Positions 22,600 through 35,322 of a stretch of 64,000 nt of DNA are shown here, piece after piece. Source of the stretch: Planctomycetota bacterium (GTDB lineage Bacteria; Planctomycetota; JAJSAM01; JAJVHW01). The stretch spans positions 992,001 through 1,056,000 of the forward strand of contig CBDFJG010000003.1 in assembly GCA_965248445.1 (NCBI GenBank). Reading direction: 5' to 3'. How positions within the stretch are numbered: position 1 is the stretch's first letter; the number at the start of each line of letters is the position of its first letter. The position numbers and the translations under genes were made by a program. Under the pieces are notes generated by a model, which was not told the DNA's origin, ran no database searches, and worked only from the letters and a program-made list of their open reading frames with translations.

Positions 22600-23196
22600 A
22601 TGGAGATCCGCGCTGACGACCTGTCCTCGCGGGACGCGTACCGGCTCTCGATCGCCTGCGTGATCCCGCGACCCATTGCCTGGGTGAGCACCTGCGACCA
22701 CTCGGGCCGGGCGAACCTCGCGCCGTTCAGCTTCTTCGGTGGCGTGAGCAGCGCTCCCCCCACCGTGATGGTCTCCGTGGGACGGCGCCGCGGCGAGCGC
22801 AAGGACACGGCGCGGAACCTGCTCGCGCGGCGGGAATGCGTCGTCCACCTCGCCGATCGGGCGCTCGCCGAGCCGATGGTCCGTACTTCGGCAGAGGCTC
22901 CGCACGGCGAGAGCGAGTTCGAGCTGGCCGGGCTGACAGCCGTCGCCTCGACGGAGGTCACACCGCCCCGCGTGGGCGAGGCCAAGATCGCGATGGAGGC
23001 GATCCTGGCACGGCACCTGGAGATCGGGGCCGGTCCCGTCGATCTCTTCCTCCTGGAGGTGGTGCGGTTCCACCTGGACGACGGGATCGTGGTGGACGGC
23101 CTGCCGGATGCTGCTCGGCTGGCAGCCGTGGGGCGTCTCGGGGGTATCTCGTACTGTGACACGCACGAGGTGTTCGACATTGCGCGACCCGGGTAG
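22600..23196 (+). CDS. Flavin reductase (DIM6/NTAB) family protein
   Basis: VIPRPIAWVST, NLAPFSFF, KDTARN, VGRLGG. Confidence 0.9.
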   Translation: MEIRADDLSSRDAYRLSIACVIPRPIAWVSTCDHSGRANLAPFSFFGGVSSAPPTVMVSVGRRRGERKDTARNLLARRECVVHLADRALAEPMVRTSAEAPHGESEFELAGLTAVASTEVTPPRVGEAKIAMEAILARHLEIGAGPVDLFLLEVVRFHLDDGIVVDGLPDAARLAAVGRLGGISYCDTHEVFDIARPG

Positions 23197-23217
23197 CGCG
23201 ACCGGAGGCGGAGCGGC

Positions 23218-24579
23218 ATGCACATCGTGATCGGCGGTGCCGACGAGGTTGCATACCGCCTCGCCGAGACGCTCATGGACGACCACGACGTCGTCATGGT
23301 GATCCCGGAGGACGCGCGCACCCCGCGGCTGGACGCTCTCGACGTGCAGGTCGTGTTCGGGGACGGTCCGGCTGGGCCCGGGCTCCGTAAGGCGCGCGTG
23401 GAAGACGCCGCCGCGTTCGTCGCCTGCACGGTCAACGACGAGCGCAATCTCGTCGCCTGCGTCGCCGCCAAGAAGCTCGGCGCGGCACGGACGATCTGCT
23501 TCCTGTTCCGGCGCGACACCACGACGACGACCCGCGACGACGACGCCGAGTTGGCACGCTCACTCGGCATCGACGTCGTCGTGCGGCCAGCCCAGCAACT
23601 CGCGGACGAGATCGTGCGCATCGTGACCGTGCCCGGAGCACTGGACGTCGAGGACTTCCTGGACGGCCGCGTGCAGCTGTTCCGCCACTCCGTCGAGGAC
23701 GGCGCTCCGATCACCGCGGGACCGCTCCGCGAGATCGGCGCCCCCGAGGGCGTCGTGCTCGTCATGGGCCGCCGCGGCGACGAGATCTTCCTGCCCAAGG
23801 GCGACACGCACTTCCAGCCGGGCGACAAGGTCACCGCGATGGGAAGCCCGCGCCGGCTGCAGAAGCTGCTGCGCAAGCACCTGCGGTCCCGTGGTCACAC
23901 CTCCGACAGCCACTCCGCCACGATCGTGGGCGGCGGCGCCGTCGGGATCGAGATCGCCCGCGGACTCGAGAAGCGCGGCTGGTCCATCAAGCTCATCGAG
24001 CAGAACAGGCGCCGATGCGACGAGATCGCCCCGCTGATCCGGGGACTCGTGCTGCACGGCGACGGCGGAGACCTGGAGCTCCTGGAGCAGGAGAACGTCA
24101 GCCAGGCGCCCGTGCTGATCGCGGTCACGAGCAATGATGAGAAGAACCTGCTCGTCTCGTTGCTGGCGAAGCAGATCGGCGTGCCGCGCATCGTGACGCG
24201 GGCGGACGTACTCGCGAACGAACGCCTGTTCGATCGCGTGGGCGTCGACGTCGTGCGCAGCGCTCGCGGTGCCGCCATCCATGCCGTGGCACGCCGGTTC
24301 CTGAGCCACCGCACCGAGCTGCTCGTCGAGCTGGAGCACGGTGACGCGGAAGTCCTCGACCTGACTCTCCCGGCCGAGACACGCCGCGTGCGCTTGAAGG
24401 ACCTTCATCAGCCGGTCTTCGCGATCGTCGGAGCGATCGTGCGCGGACGCGACGTCATCATCCCGACCGGCAATGACGAGGTGAGAGGGGGAGATCACAT
24501 CCTCGTGTTCTGCACGAGCGATGCTGAGGAGCAGGTGCGCGATTTCTTCCTCCGCGAACTCCAGGAACCCGTGGAGTAG
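23218..24579 (+). CDS. trkA: Trk system potassium transporter RCK subunit
   Basis: Two RCK_N/RCK_C pairs, IVGGGAVG, DEKNLL; adjacent to trkH. Confidence 0.9.
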   Translation: MHIVIGGADEVAYRLAETLMDDHDVVMVIPEDARTPRLDALDVQVVFGDGPAGPGLRKARVEDAAAFVACTVNDERNLVACVAAKKLGAARTICFLFRRDTTTTTRDDDAELARSLGIDVVVRPAQQLADEIVRIVTVPGALDVEDFLDGRVQLFRHSVEDGAPITAGPLREIGAPEGVVLVMGRRGDEIFLPKGDTHFQPGDKVTAMGSPRRLQKLLRKHLRSRGHTSDSHSATIVGGGAVGIEIARGLEKRGWSIKLIEQNRRRCDEIAPLIRGLVLHGDGGDLELLEQENVSQAPVLIAVTSNDEKNLLVSLLAKQIGVPRIVTRADVLANERLFDRVGVDVVRSARGAAIHAVARRFLSHRTELLVELEHGDAEVLDLTLPAETRRVRLKDLHQPVFAIVGAIVRGRDVIIPTGNDEVRGGDHILVFCTSDAEEQVRDFFLRELQEPVE

Positions 24580-24585
24580 CGCGGC

Positions 24586-26157
24586 GTGCGGATCGGACTC
24601 GTCCTCGGCGTGGTCGGACAGATCCTGCGCCCGTTCTCCCTGGCGTTCATCCCCCCGCTGCTGATCGCGCTCCGCGACGGTCTCTTCGACGAGCACTGGG
24701 TGCTCGACTATCGCGCCGAGAATCTCACGGAGGCCGCTCGCTTCGCCGTCACCGGCCTGACGACGTTCGCGCTGGGCACGCTGCTCGCCCGCATGTTCCG
24801 CAAGCAGCCGTTCTTCCGCCGGAACGAGGCACTGGCGGTCGTGGCGCTCACCTGGTCGCTGATCGGGCTCGTCGCGGCCGTCCCCTACCTCCTGAACGGA
24901 TTCGCCCCCGAGGACGCACTGTTCGAGTCGATCTCCGGGCTGACCACGACGGGCGCCACGATCCTCGACGGCGAGATGTGGGACCAGTCCCGCGCGTTCT
25001 TCCTCTGGCGCGCGATGACGCAGTGGTTCGGCGGACTGGGTGTCATCGCGCTGTTCGTCGTCGTCCTGCCCCGCCTCGGCATCGCCGGGCGGCAGATCTT
25101 CTTCGCCGAGTCATCCAGCGCTCCGTCCGAGGCGGTCGCGCCGTCCGTCCGCCGGAGCGCGCGGAAGCTGTGGATCTTCTATGTGGCGGCGACCATCGTC
25201 ATGGCCGGTCTGCTCACCTGGGCGTTCAGGGACAGCAAGCTGTCGACGGGCGCTGACGCGGGCATCTACGAGGCGTTCATCCACTCACTCACGACGCTCT
25301 GCGCGGGCGGCTTCTCGAACGATCCACGCTCTATTCTCGGAATCACGAACTCCGCGGATGCCGAGTGGATCTTCTGCGGCTTCATGTTCCTGGCCGGCGC
25401 GAGCTATCCGCTCATGTTGATTGCCGTCACCCGCAATCCGCTGGTGCTGTTCAAGGACGGCGAGTTCAAGCTCTACACACTGGTTGCGCTGGCGACGACC
25501 GCAGCCATCGCACTCCTGCTCATGCAGCGGTACGCGAGTGAGGGCCTCGACGTCGAGAACGCCGATGCGATCCGCCACGCGCTATTCCAGGTCGCGAGCC
25601 TCATCTCCTCGGCCGGATTCGCGAGCCAGGACTTCGAGATCTGGTCGCCGGGCATCAAGGCGATCCTCATCATCGTGATGATCCTGGGCGGTTGCGCGGG
25701 CTCCGCCGCCGGCGGCGCAAAGGAGGTTCGGTTCCTCCTCGTGTTCAAGTTCCTGCGCCGAGAATTCACACGCGCGCTGCACCCGCGCGCCGTCATCCCC
25801 ATCCGGCATGGCGGACAGGCGGTCAGCGAGAACGTCATGCGCGCGATCTTCCTGCTCGTGCTGCTGTACGGCATCGGCTACGGCGTCGTCGCGCTCCCCG
25901 TGATCCTGCTGGGTCCGGAGATCTCGCTCGAGGAGGGCTTCTCGGCGGCCGTCGCGTGCCTGTCCAACGTCGGTCCCGCGTTCGGCCGGGCGGGGCCGAT
26001 GGGCACGTACCAGGAGTTCCACTGGGGTTCGAAGCTGACCCTCACGTTCGCCATGCTCGTCGGCCGCCTCGAGATCGTCACGATCCTCAGCCTGCTGCAG
26101 TGGCAGGCCTGGCAGGGACTTCGGCTGGGCCTCGAACGCGAGCGCTCGGTTAGATAG
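24586..26157 (+). CDS. trkH: TrkH-family potassium uptake membrane protein
   Basis: FESISGLTTTGAT, QWFGGLG, GGCAGSAAGG, LSNVGP, MLVGRLE. Confidence 0.92.
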   Translation: MRIGLVLGVVGQILRPFSLAFIPPLLIALRDGLFDEHWVLDYRAENLTEAARFAVTGLTTFALGTLLARMFRKQPFFRRNEALAVVALTWSLIGLVAAVPYLLNGFAPEDALFESISGLTTTGATILDGEMWDQSRAFFLWRAMTQWFGGLGVIALFVVVLPRLGIAGRQIFFAESSSAPSEAVAPSVRRSARKLWIFYVAATIVMAGLLTWAFRDSKLSTGADAGIYEAFIHSLTTLCAGGFSNDPRSILGITNSADAEWIFCGFMFLAGASYPLMLIAVTRNPLVLFKDGEFKLYTLVALATTAAIALLLMQRYASEGLDVENADAIRHALFQVASLISSAGFASQDFEIWSPGIKAILIIVMILGGCAGSAAGGAKEVRFLLVFKFLRREFTRALHPRAVIPIRHGGQAVSENVMRAIFLLVLLYGIGYGVVALPVILLGPEISLEEGFSAAVACLSNVGPAFGRAGPMGTYQEFHWGSKLTLTFAMLVGRLEIVTILSLLQWQAWQGLRLGLERERSVR

Positions 26158-26187
26158 CGGCACCAACAGGACCTACCCTGACAGCAG

Positions 26188-28563
26188 ATGACCGCCTCCT
26201 CGCCGACTCCCCGCCGCCACTTCACGACCGTCGAGCACCGCCACGTCGATCTGCCCGACCGCGTCGGCGTCATGTTCCTGGTCTCCCAAATCGTGTTTCC
26301 GTTCGGAGCCTCGCAGGTGGCTGTGCGAATGAGGGCCAACCTCGCGCTGCTGGATTCGCTCGGCGACGACGACGTCTTCGCCATCGGATTCGCGCCGGGG
26401 AACGACCCCGGAGACGTCACGCCAGCCGACCTCGGCAACATCGGTGTTGCGGCGCGAGTCATCGCGCGCCTGAAACTCCCCGACGGCTCGGAGCAGGTCA
26501 CGCTGCAGGGGCTGCAACGCCTTCACTTCGAGGACGTGACGTTCGAGTCGGGCTGGTTCACGGGGTCGGCAGCCTGCGTGCTCGAAACCCCGCCCGAACC
26601 ACGGGCCGCTGACAAGAGGGTGCGCGGGATTCTGGAACACGTCCGCAATCTGGTCGGCTTGGACGTGGGCGTACAGGAGGAGCACCTCCAGGTGCTGCAA
26701 GCCAACGTCGGCGATCCGGGCGACTTCGCCGATCTCGTCGCGGCGATGGCGGGGTTCGACAGCGACGAGCAGCGGCGGATCCTCGAGTGCATCGACGTCG
26801 GCGACCGCCTCGAGCTCGTGCACCGCTTCGTCCGTGAACAGGTGGAGTTCGCACAGGTCCGGCACGAGACCGCGGCACTGGTCCAGCACGACATCTCGAA
26901 GGCGCAGCGCGAGTACTACCTGCGCCGACAGATGAAGGTGTTGCGCGAGGAACTCGGCGAGAAGAGCCGAGAGGAAGAGGCCGCCGACGAGGCGCTCGCC
27001 CTGCTTGATAAGAGCGACCTGCCCGAAGCGGCGGAGCGCGCGGTGCGGGCGGAGATCGACCGGCTGCGGGCGACGAACGCCGCCAGTGCGGAATTCGCCG
27101 TCATCCGCAACTACGTCGACTGGATGCTGGCTCTGCCGTGGCGGAAGAGCGTGGACATCGGCATCGATCTCGACGCCGTCCGCAAGCGACTCGACGCCGA
27201 TCACTACGGGCTGGATGAGCCGAAAGAGCGCATCCTCGAGTTCCTCGCCGTGCGCAAGCTCACGGCCGGCGCGCACGCCCCCATCCTCTGCTTCGTGGGC
27301 CCGCCGGGAACCGGGAAGACGTCGCTCGCTCAGTCGATCGCCGAGGCCACCGGACGGCCGCTGGCGCGCATTGCCGTCGGCGGCGTGCGCGACGAGTCGA
27401 CGATTCGCGGCCACCGCCGCACGTACGTCGGGGCCATGCCGGGCCGTCTGATCCAGGCGATCCGCCGTGCCGGTTGCAACAACCCGGTGATGGTCATCGA
27501 CGAGGTCGACAAGCTCGGCTCCGGACCGCAAGGCGACCCGAGCGCGGCGCTGCTCGAGGTTCTCGACCGCGAGCAGAACCACGCGTTCACCGACCACTAT
27601 CTGGACGTGGCGTTCGACCTCTCGCGCGTCCTGTTCATCACGACCGCCAACGACCTGTTCGAGATCCCCGCACCGCTGCAGGACCGCATGGAAGTGATCC
27701 ACCTCTCGACCTACGTGGAAGAGGAGAAGATCGAGATCGCCAAGCGTCACCTCGTGCCGCGTGCGTCCGAGCGCACCGGGCTGCCCCACCGCGTTCGGTT
27801 CGACGTCGCGGCCCTGCGCTTGCTCGTGCGTCTCTACACCGCGGAAGCCGGCGTGCGGTCCCTCGCCAGGAAGCTCGAAGCCGTGTGCCGCAAGCTCGCA
27901 CTGCGCGTGGCGACCGGTCAGACCGCCCCGAAGCGCGTTACAGCGTCCCTGGTCGAGGAATTGCTCGGGCCGCCGCCGCTGGCCGAGACGTCGCGGCGGA
28001 GGAAGGACGAAATCGGTGTCGTGAACGGCCTTGCGTGGACGCGGCTCGGCGGCGACGTCCTCTTGGTCGAGGCGATCCGCATGCCGGGCGATGGCGGCAT
28101 TCAGATCACGGGAAGTCTCGGCGACGTGATGCGCGAGTCCGTGCAGGCCGCGCTGACGTGGGTCCGCAGCCGCGCCGAAGACCTCGACATCCACCCTGAC
28201 GACTTCGCCGATTGGGACGTACACCTCCACTTCCCGGCCGGCGCAACGCCCAAGGACGGCCCCTCCGCCGGCGTCGCGATCTGCGTTGCTCTGGTGTCGC
28301 TCTACACCCGGCGGCCGGTCCGCGCGGACGTCGCGATGACCGGCGAGGTCACGCTCCGCGGGAAGGTCATCCCGATCGGCGGACTCCGCGAGAAGCTCTC
28401 CGCCGCGGCCCGCCTGGGCATCCGCCACGTGATCATCCCACGGGACAACGAGCGCCACCTCCATCGGCTCCGAGACTCGGTCCGGTCCAAGATCGAGGTC
28501 CATCCGGTCGATCAGGTGGACGAGGCCCTCGATCTCGCGTTGCGTAAGCGCCCACGGCGTTGA
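26188..28563 (+). CDS. lon: ATP-dependent Lon protease (endopeptidase La)
   Basis: GPPGTGKT, GHRRTYVGAMPG, KDGPSAG, PIGGLREK. Confidence 0.95.
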   Translation: MTASSPTPRRHFTTVEHRHVDLPDRVGVMFLVSQIVFPFGASQVAVRMRANLALLDSLGDDDVFAIGFAPGNDPGDVTPADLGNIGVAARVIARLKLPDGSEQVTLQGLQRLHFEDVTFESGWFTGSAACVLETPPEPRAADKRVRGILEHVRNLVGLDVGVQEEHLQVLQANVGDPGDFADLVAAMAGFDSDEQRRILECIDVGDRLELVHRFVREQVEFAQVRHETAALVQHDISKAQREYYLRRQMKVLREELGEKSREEEAADEALALLDKSDLPEAAERAVRAEIDRLRATNAASAEFAVIRNYVDWMLALPWRKSVDIGIDLDAVRKRLDADHYGLDEPKERILEFLAVRKLTAGAHAPILCFVGPPGTGKTSLAQSIAEATGRPLARIAVGGVRDESTIRGHRRTYVGAMPGRLIQAIRRAGCNNPVMVIDEVDKLGSGPQGDPSAALLEVLDREQNHAFTDHYLDVAFDLSRVLFITTANDLFEIPAPLQDRMEVIHLSTYVEEEKIEIAKRHLVPRASERTGLPHRVRFDVAALRLLVRLYTAEAGVRSLARKLEAVCRKLALRVATGQTAPKRVTASLVEELLGPPPLAETSRRRKDEIGVVNGLAWTRLGGDVLLVEAIRMPGDGGIQITGSLGDVMRESVQAALTWVRSRAEDLDIHPDDFADWDVHLHFPAGATPKDGPSAGVAICVALVSLYTRRPVRADVAMTGEVTLRGKVIPIGGLREKLSAAARLGIRHVIIPRDNERHLHRLRDSVRSKIEVHPVDQVDEALDLALRKRPRR

Positions 28564-28694
28564 GGGTCTCTCTTCACGCTCCCGCCCCGTTGAAGTTTGG
28601 GCGGCGGCGGGCCCGCGGGACAATGCGGGGCTGATCTTCAGAACCCGTCGGAAGCGTCCGCCGGACCTCTCCCCGAACCCTCTCGAGTGCCCCC

Positions 28695-30797
<2,103 letters not shown>

Positions 30798-30824
30798 CGC
30801 CGAGAGGGGCAGCCGGCGCGCCGG

Positions 30825-31328
30825 CTACCGGCTTCTGAACTGGCGGAACGCGTCGTGCGCCCAGCCGTGCACCGTCCGCACGAAGAACAACTCCTGCTCT
30901 TGGTCATCCTGGCCGCGCAGACGCAGCCGCACGTGCGAGTCGTCGTCGCTTTCCTCGCCGACGACCTCCGCCTTGGCGAGCCAATCGCCGCGCGCCGCCA
31001 CCTCGCTCGAGGTGAGAACGAACCGAGCGAGCGCATCGTCCTCGCTGCCGTCGGCGTAGTACCCGGCGGTCTGCCCGCCTCCGGGGAAGATCTCGGCAAT
31101 CGAGTCACCGCGTTCCAGGCGGGCGCGGACCTCGCGCACCTGACTCCGGTAGAACGCGCGGGACTCAGGATCGTGCAGCTGAGCGATGCGCTCACCGTCG
31201 TCATCCGCGAGCGCCGAGCGCAGTGCGTCCAGCGCTTCACGCGCCGTCGCCGGCTCGCTGCTGCACGCGGCGAACAGAGCAGGTACGAGGATGAGGATCA
31301 CGATGGCCAGCGCGCGTCGGAACAGCAT
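30825..31328 (-). CDS. Hypothetical lipoprotein
   Basis: Signal peptide with lipobox FAAC; good codon usage; 2 nt from its neighbour. Confidence 0.7.
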   Translation of the reverse strand: MLFRRALAIVILILVPALFAACSSEPATAREALDALRSALADDDGERIAQLHDPESRAFYRSQVREVRARLERGDSIAEIFPGGGQTAGYYADGSEDDALARFVLTSSEVAARGDWLAKAEVVGEESDDDSHVRLRLRGQDDQEQELFFVRTVHGWAHDAFRQFRSR

Positions 31329-31330
31329 GG

Positions 31331-31873
31331 CTAGTCCAGCGACATCAGCAGCCAGTCACCGTCCTCGCCGGGACGAGCGCGCATCGTGTGGTCGTCGCCG
31401 GTCGAGGAGATCCAGTGCACCAGCATGTCGCCGGGTACGTCGGGCGCGGGCTCGGTCCGGGAGATCCGGGCCTCCGTCATGAACACCTCGCTCGCCTGCC
31501 CGCCTCGCCCCCAGATCGCGGGGTACTCGAAGCTCATGTACTCCTCGATCGAGCAGTTGGACTGGTGTGTGAGGTCCGTGGCCCCAGGGTTCTTCCTGTA
31601 GAACTCGCGCGACTCCTCGACACGGACTCTGAACTCGTTCTGCTGATCGGGGTGCAGCCGGAACCAGGTCGCTTCCCACTCCCCGGCGGCGCCGAGCAGT
31701 CGGACCTCCTCGAACAGATCCTCGGGCGAGTCCGCGCCTCCGCCGCTGCACGCCGCCATCAGGCCCGCTGACGCTGCGGCGAGCAGGCCCAGGATCAGCA
31801 TGACCGTCGCGACTCCGCGACCGACGCTCCCCGAGCCGGCCGGCGCGGACTCCTTGCGGTTCTGGGCTTCCAT
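31331..31873 (-). CDS. Hypothetical lipoprotein
   Basis: Hydrophobic segment ending MAAC; architecture similar to the downstream gene. Confidence 0.7.
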   Translation of the reverse strand: MEAQNRKESAPAGSGSVGRGVATVMLILGLLAAASAGLMAACSGGGADSPEDLFEEVRLLGAAGEWEATWFRLHPDQQNEFRVRVEESREFYRKNPGATDLTHQSNCSIEEYMSFEYPAIWGRGGQASEVFMTEARISRTEPAPDVPGDMLVHWISSTGDDHTMRARPGEDGDWLLMSLD

Positions 31874-31893
31874 CCCGGCGATCATACCAGCGC

Positions 31894-33066
31894 ATGCAGG
31901 ACCGCGTTCCGCCGCCAGAAGACGGCACACTGCCGGATCTCGAGCCCGCCGAGTACCGCCGGTACGGGCGTCACCTGACGCTGTCGGAGGTCGGCGAGGA
32001 CGGCCAACGGCGGCTGAAGGCGTCGTCGGTGTTCGTGGTCGGCGCCGGCGGCCTCGGCTCCCCCGTCTGCCTGTATCTGGCAGCCGCTGGCGTCGGCCGG
32101 ATCACGCTCGCGGACTTCGACGTCGTGGACCCGACCAACCTCCAGCGTCAGGTGCTGTTCGGGACGGATGACGTCGGGCGTGGGAAGGTCGAGGCGGCCA
32201 CGGAACGCCTGCGCGCGCTGAACCCGCACGTCGCGGTCGAGCCCGTCGCCGCCCGCGTCTCGTCGGCCAACGTGCGGGCTCTGGTGCGCGCGTCCGACGT
32301 GGTGATCGACGGCAGCGACAACTTCACCACAAGGTACCTCGTGAGCGACGCCTGCGTGCTCGAGGGCAAGCCGTACGTCTACGGCAGCATCCTGCGATTC
32401 GAGGGCCAGGCTTCGGTGTTCCACGCCCCCGCCGGGCCGTGCTACCGCTGCCTGTTCCCCGAGCCACCTCCCGAGGCGCTGGTGCCGAGCTGCGCGCAGG
32501 CCGGAGTGCTCGGCGTGCTGCCTGGCCTGGTCGGGTCCATCCAAGCGAGCGAGGCGCTCAAGATCCTGCTCGGGATCGGCGAGACGCTCCTCGGCCGTCT
32601 GCTGCTCGTTGACGCTCTCGGTACACGCTTCCGGGAGGTGCGCCTGCGCCGCGATCCGGCGTGCCCGGCCTGCGGCGACGAAGCGACAATCACCGACGCG
32701 ATCGAGATGGGCGGCGCGGCGTGCGCAGATGAGGTCGGCGGCGCCGGCGGTCCGTCCGTCTCCGCGGCGGAACTGCGCGACATGCTCGCCGGGGACCCGC
32801 CGCCGATGCTCGTCGATGTGCGCGAGCCCTGGGAGTTCGGCGCGGGCGCGCTACCGGGTGCGGTCAACGTCACGCTCGGCGACGTCCCCCTGCGCGGGGG
32901 CGGGTTTGCGCGCGACCGGGTCGTGGTGGCGTACTGCCGCGTCGGACCGCGCGGGCAGCGTGCTGCCGAACTGCTGCGGGCGGCCGGGGTTGAGCGCGCG
33001 CTCAACCTCAGCGGAGGCCTGCTCGCTTGGCGCGACGAGATCGACTCGGCGCAGGTCGTCGCCTGA
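31894..33066 (+). CDS. moeB: MoeB/MoeZ-type adenylyltransferase with C-terminal rhodanese domain
   Basis: RYGRHL, VGAGGLG, NLQRQ, CYRCLFP, CPAC, rhodanese DVREPWE...YCRVG. Confidence 0.92.
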   Translation: MQDRVPPPEDGTLPDLEPAEYRRYGRHLTLSEVGEDGQRRLKASSVFVVGAGGLGSPVCLYLAAAGVGRITLADFDVVDPTNLQRQVLFGTDDVGRGKVEAATERLRALNPHVAVEPVAARVSSANVRALVRASDVVIDGSDNFTTRYLVSDACVLEGKPYVYGSILRFEGQASVFHAPAGPCYRCLFPEPPPEALVPSCAQAGVLGVLPGLVGSIQASEALKILLGIGETLLGRLLLVDALGTRFREVRLRRDPACPACGDEATITDAIEMGGAACADEVGGAGGPSVSAAELRDMLAGDPPPMLVDVREPWEFGAGALPGAVNVTLGDVPLRGGGFARDRVVVAYCRVGPRGQRAAELLRAAGVERALNLSGGLLAWRDEIDSAQVVA

Positions 33067-33089
33067 GACCGAGTGGCTGCACAGAATCG

Positions 33090-33125
33090 AGAAGGCCCCG
33101 CGCGGCGAGCCGCGCGGGGCCTTCT
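33090..33125. terminator. Hairpin between convergent genes (probable bidirectional terminator)
   Basis: Perfect 16-bp stem agaaggccccgcgcgg-cgag-ccgcgcggggccttct. Confidence 0.75.
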
Positions 33126-33142
33126 TCACGCACTGTCGCGGG

Positions 33143-33670
33143 CTACTGAACGCCGCGACGGTGGGATGCCGGCACCGGGCCGATCAAACCCTCGTTCGCG
33201 TACACGTAGTCGACGCCCGGCGTCGGCGGACGCATGTAGCGCGGACGCGCATGCGGCGGGGTCGTGTACTTGTAGATCTCCTGATCCGTGATGAACGGGT
33301 TCTGGAGAACCTGGAACAGGTTGTCGTCGCGCTCGACGAAGAACGGCTCGATGCCGAGTCCGTTGACCGTGCCGATCACCGCTCCGAACGCCGCACCGAT
33401 CGGCGCGGTCAGCGTGCCGGAGATCGGCTCGCCGGTCATCTCGTACCAACCGACCGTGCCCTGCACCAGACCGACGAGCGGTGTGGTGACAAGCTTGTAC
33501 GGAATCCAGATCGCGTTCTCGACGATCGAGAGCGGGATGTTGTCCGTGCCGCCGCCCTGCGCGAGTTCGTTCTTGCTGCCGATGTCGCCGTCGCGACACG
33601 TGACACAGCTCGACAACAGTCCGACGGTCGCCACGAGGGCGAGAGACATCATGGTTCGCGTGATCCGCAT
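33143..33670 (-). CDS. Hypothetical lipoprotein with hydrophobic Gly-rich helices
   Basis: RBS GGAGG, lipobox LLSSC, biased codon usage. Confidence 0.7.
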   Translation of the reverse strand: MRITRTMMSLALVATVGLLSSCVTCRDGDIGSKNELAQGGGTDNIPLSIVENAIWIPYKLVTTPLVGLVQGTVGWYEMTGEPISGTLTAPIGAAFGAVIGTVNGLGIEPFFVERDDNLFQVLQNPFITDQEIYKYTTPPHARPRYMRPPTPGVDYVYANEGLIGPVPASHRRGVQ

Positions 33671-33823
33671 GCTTCCTCCGGAGGTGGCGGCCCCCTCCAT
33701 CCGGGGATCGCCATGCGCACGACGGGAGCCAGCCCCGTCTCCTCCGTATGGGCTGCAATCGAGCCTGCTTTGCTCTCAATCCGGGAATCCGGAGCCTGAG
33801 TCAGAGTTGCCCGCGGAGCGCCG

Positions 33824-34534
33824 TCAGGCGGAGCCCAGATACGCCTCGCGGACCTGCTCGTTCGCAGCCAACTTCGCTGCCTCGTCCTCCATCAGGACGG
33901 TGCCGGTCTCGAAGACATATCCGCGATGCGCGGTCTTGAGCGCGAGCGAGGCGTTCTGCTCGACGAGAAGGATCGTGATGCCCTCCGCCCGGTTCAGTTC
34001 GGCGACGACCTCGAAGATCTGCTTCACGATCAGCGGAGCGAGACCGAGGGACGGTTCGTCGAGCATCAGGAGCTTCGGTCGCGACATCAGCGAGCGCGCG
34101 ATCGCGAGCATCTGCTGCTCGCCGCCGGACAGCGTGCCGCCGTACTGCGCACGCCGCTGCCCGAGGATCGGGAACAGCTCGAACATGTGCTGGCGATCGC
34201 GCTCGATGCCGGTCGAGTCCTTGCGCAGGTACGCCCCCATCGACAGGTTCTCGTCGACCGTCAGCTCGGGGAAGATCCGGCGCCCCTCCGGCGTATGGCA
34301 GATGCCTCGCGCGACGATCTCCGCCGGCGGGGTGCGCGAGATGTCCTGGCCTTGGTAGATGATCGTGCCCGACCGCGGACGGAGTAACCCCGAGATCGTC
34401 CGCAGCGTCGTCGACTTGCCTGCGCCGTTGCAACCGATGACGGTGACGATCTCGCCTTCATCGACGCGCAGCGAGATCCCGCGCAGCGCTTGAACAGCGC
34501 CGTAGAACACCTCGATGTTCTCGAGTTCGAGCAT
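33824..34534 (-). CDS. livF: Branched-chain amino acid ABC transporter ATP-binding protein
   Basis: GCNGAGKS, PEGRRIF, LSGGEQQML, DEPSLGLAP. Confidence 0.93.
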   Translation of the reverse strand: MLELENIEVFYGAVQALRGISLRVDEGEIVTVIGCNGAGKSTTLRTISGLLRPRSGTIIYQGQDISRTPPAEIVARGICHTPEGRRIFPELTVDENLSMGAYLRKDSTGIERDRQHMFELFPILGQRRAQYGGTLSGGEQQMLAIARSLMSRPKLLMLDEPSLGLAPLIVKQIFEVVAELNRAEGITILLVEQNASLALKTAHRGYVFETGTVLMEDEAAKLAANEQVREAYLGSA

Positions 34535-35322
34535 CAGACCGCCTCGTCCCCGAGATACGCCCGGATGACCTCCGGGTTGCTCTTGACCTCGTCGGGGGTC
34601 CCGTCTGCGATCACCTCGCCGTGGTCGAGCACCACGATGTGCTCGCTGACTCCCATGACGAGCCGCATGTCGTGTTCGATCAGGAAAACGGTTATGCCGA
34701 GATCGCGGATGCGCCGGATGAGCGCCATCAGATCCTCGGTCTCCTGCGGGTTCATCCCAGCGGCCGGCTCATCGAGCAGCAGGAGACTCGGCGCCAGCGC
34801 GAGCGCGCGCGCGATCTCGAGACGCCGCTGCTCGCCGTACGGCAGATCGCCGGCAAGCTCGTTCGCCTTGCCCGCCAGGCCGACGAAGTCCAGGTACCGG
34901 AACGCAGCCCGCGTGACCTCACGCTCCTCGCCGCGGGCCGGGAAGCCGAGCAGGCCCGCGAACACGCCCTTTCGCGTGCGCGGGTGCATGCCGAGCTTCA
35001 CGTTGTCGAGGGCCGGGACGTCGCCAAACAGTCGGATGTTCTGGAACGTGCGTGCCACTCCGAGCCGCGTGATGTGGTCCGGGCGCGCGCCGGCGAGCCG
35101 GTGAGCAGTTCCGCTGGCGTCCACGAACTCGACGGACCCGTGCGTCGCCGCGTACATCCCCGTGAAGCAGTTGAACGCGGTGGTCTTGCCGGCGCCATTC
35201 GGGCCGATCAGTGCTGTGATGCTGCCTTCGCGCACCTCGAACCCGGCCTCGTGCACGGCCTTCACCCCGCCGAAGTACTTGCAGAGGCCGCTGACCCGGA
35301 GAACGACGCGTGGCTCGCTCAT
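34534..35322 (-). CDS. livG: Branched-chain amino acid ABC transporter ATP-binding protein
   Basis: GPNGAGKTT, RTFQNIRLF, LPYGEQRRLE, DEPAAGMN. Confidence 0.93.
   Translation of the reverse strand: MSEPRVVLRVSGLCKYFGGVKAVHEAGFEVREGSITALIGPNGAGKTTAFNCFTGMYAATHGSVEFVDASGTAHRLAGARPDHITRLGVARTFQNIRLFGDVPALDNVKLGMHPRTRKGVFAGLLGFPARGEEREVTRAAFRYLDFVGLAGKANELAGDLPYGEQRRLEIARALALAPSLLLLDEPAAGMNPQETEDLMALIRRIRDLGITVFLIEHDMRLVMGVSEHIVVLDHGEVIADGTPDEVKSNPEVIRAYLGDEAV

Noticed and set aside
31894..33066. MoeB as part of a ubiquitin-like or defence system
   Set aside because: Canonical MoeB-rhodanese with no adjacent sulfur carrier, JAB or E2 gene.
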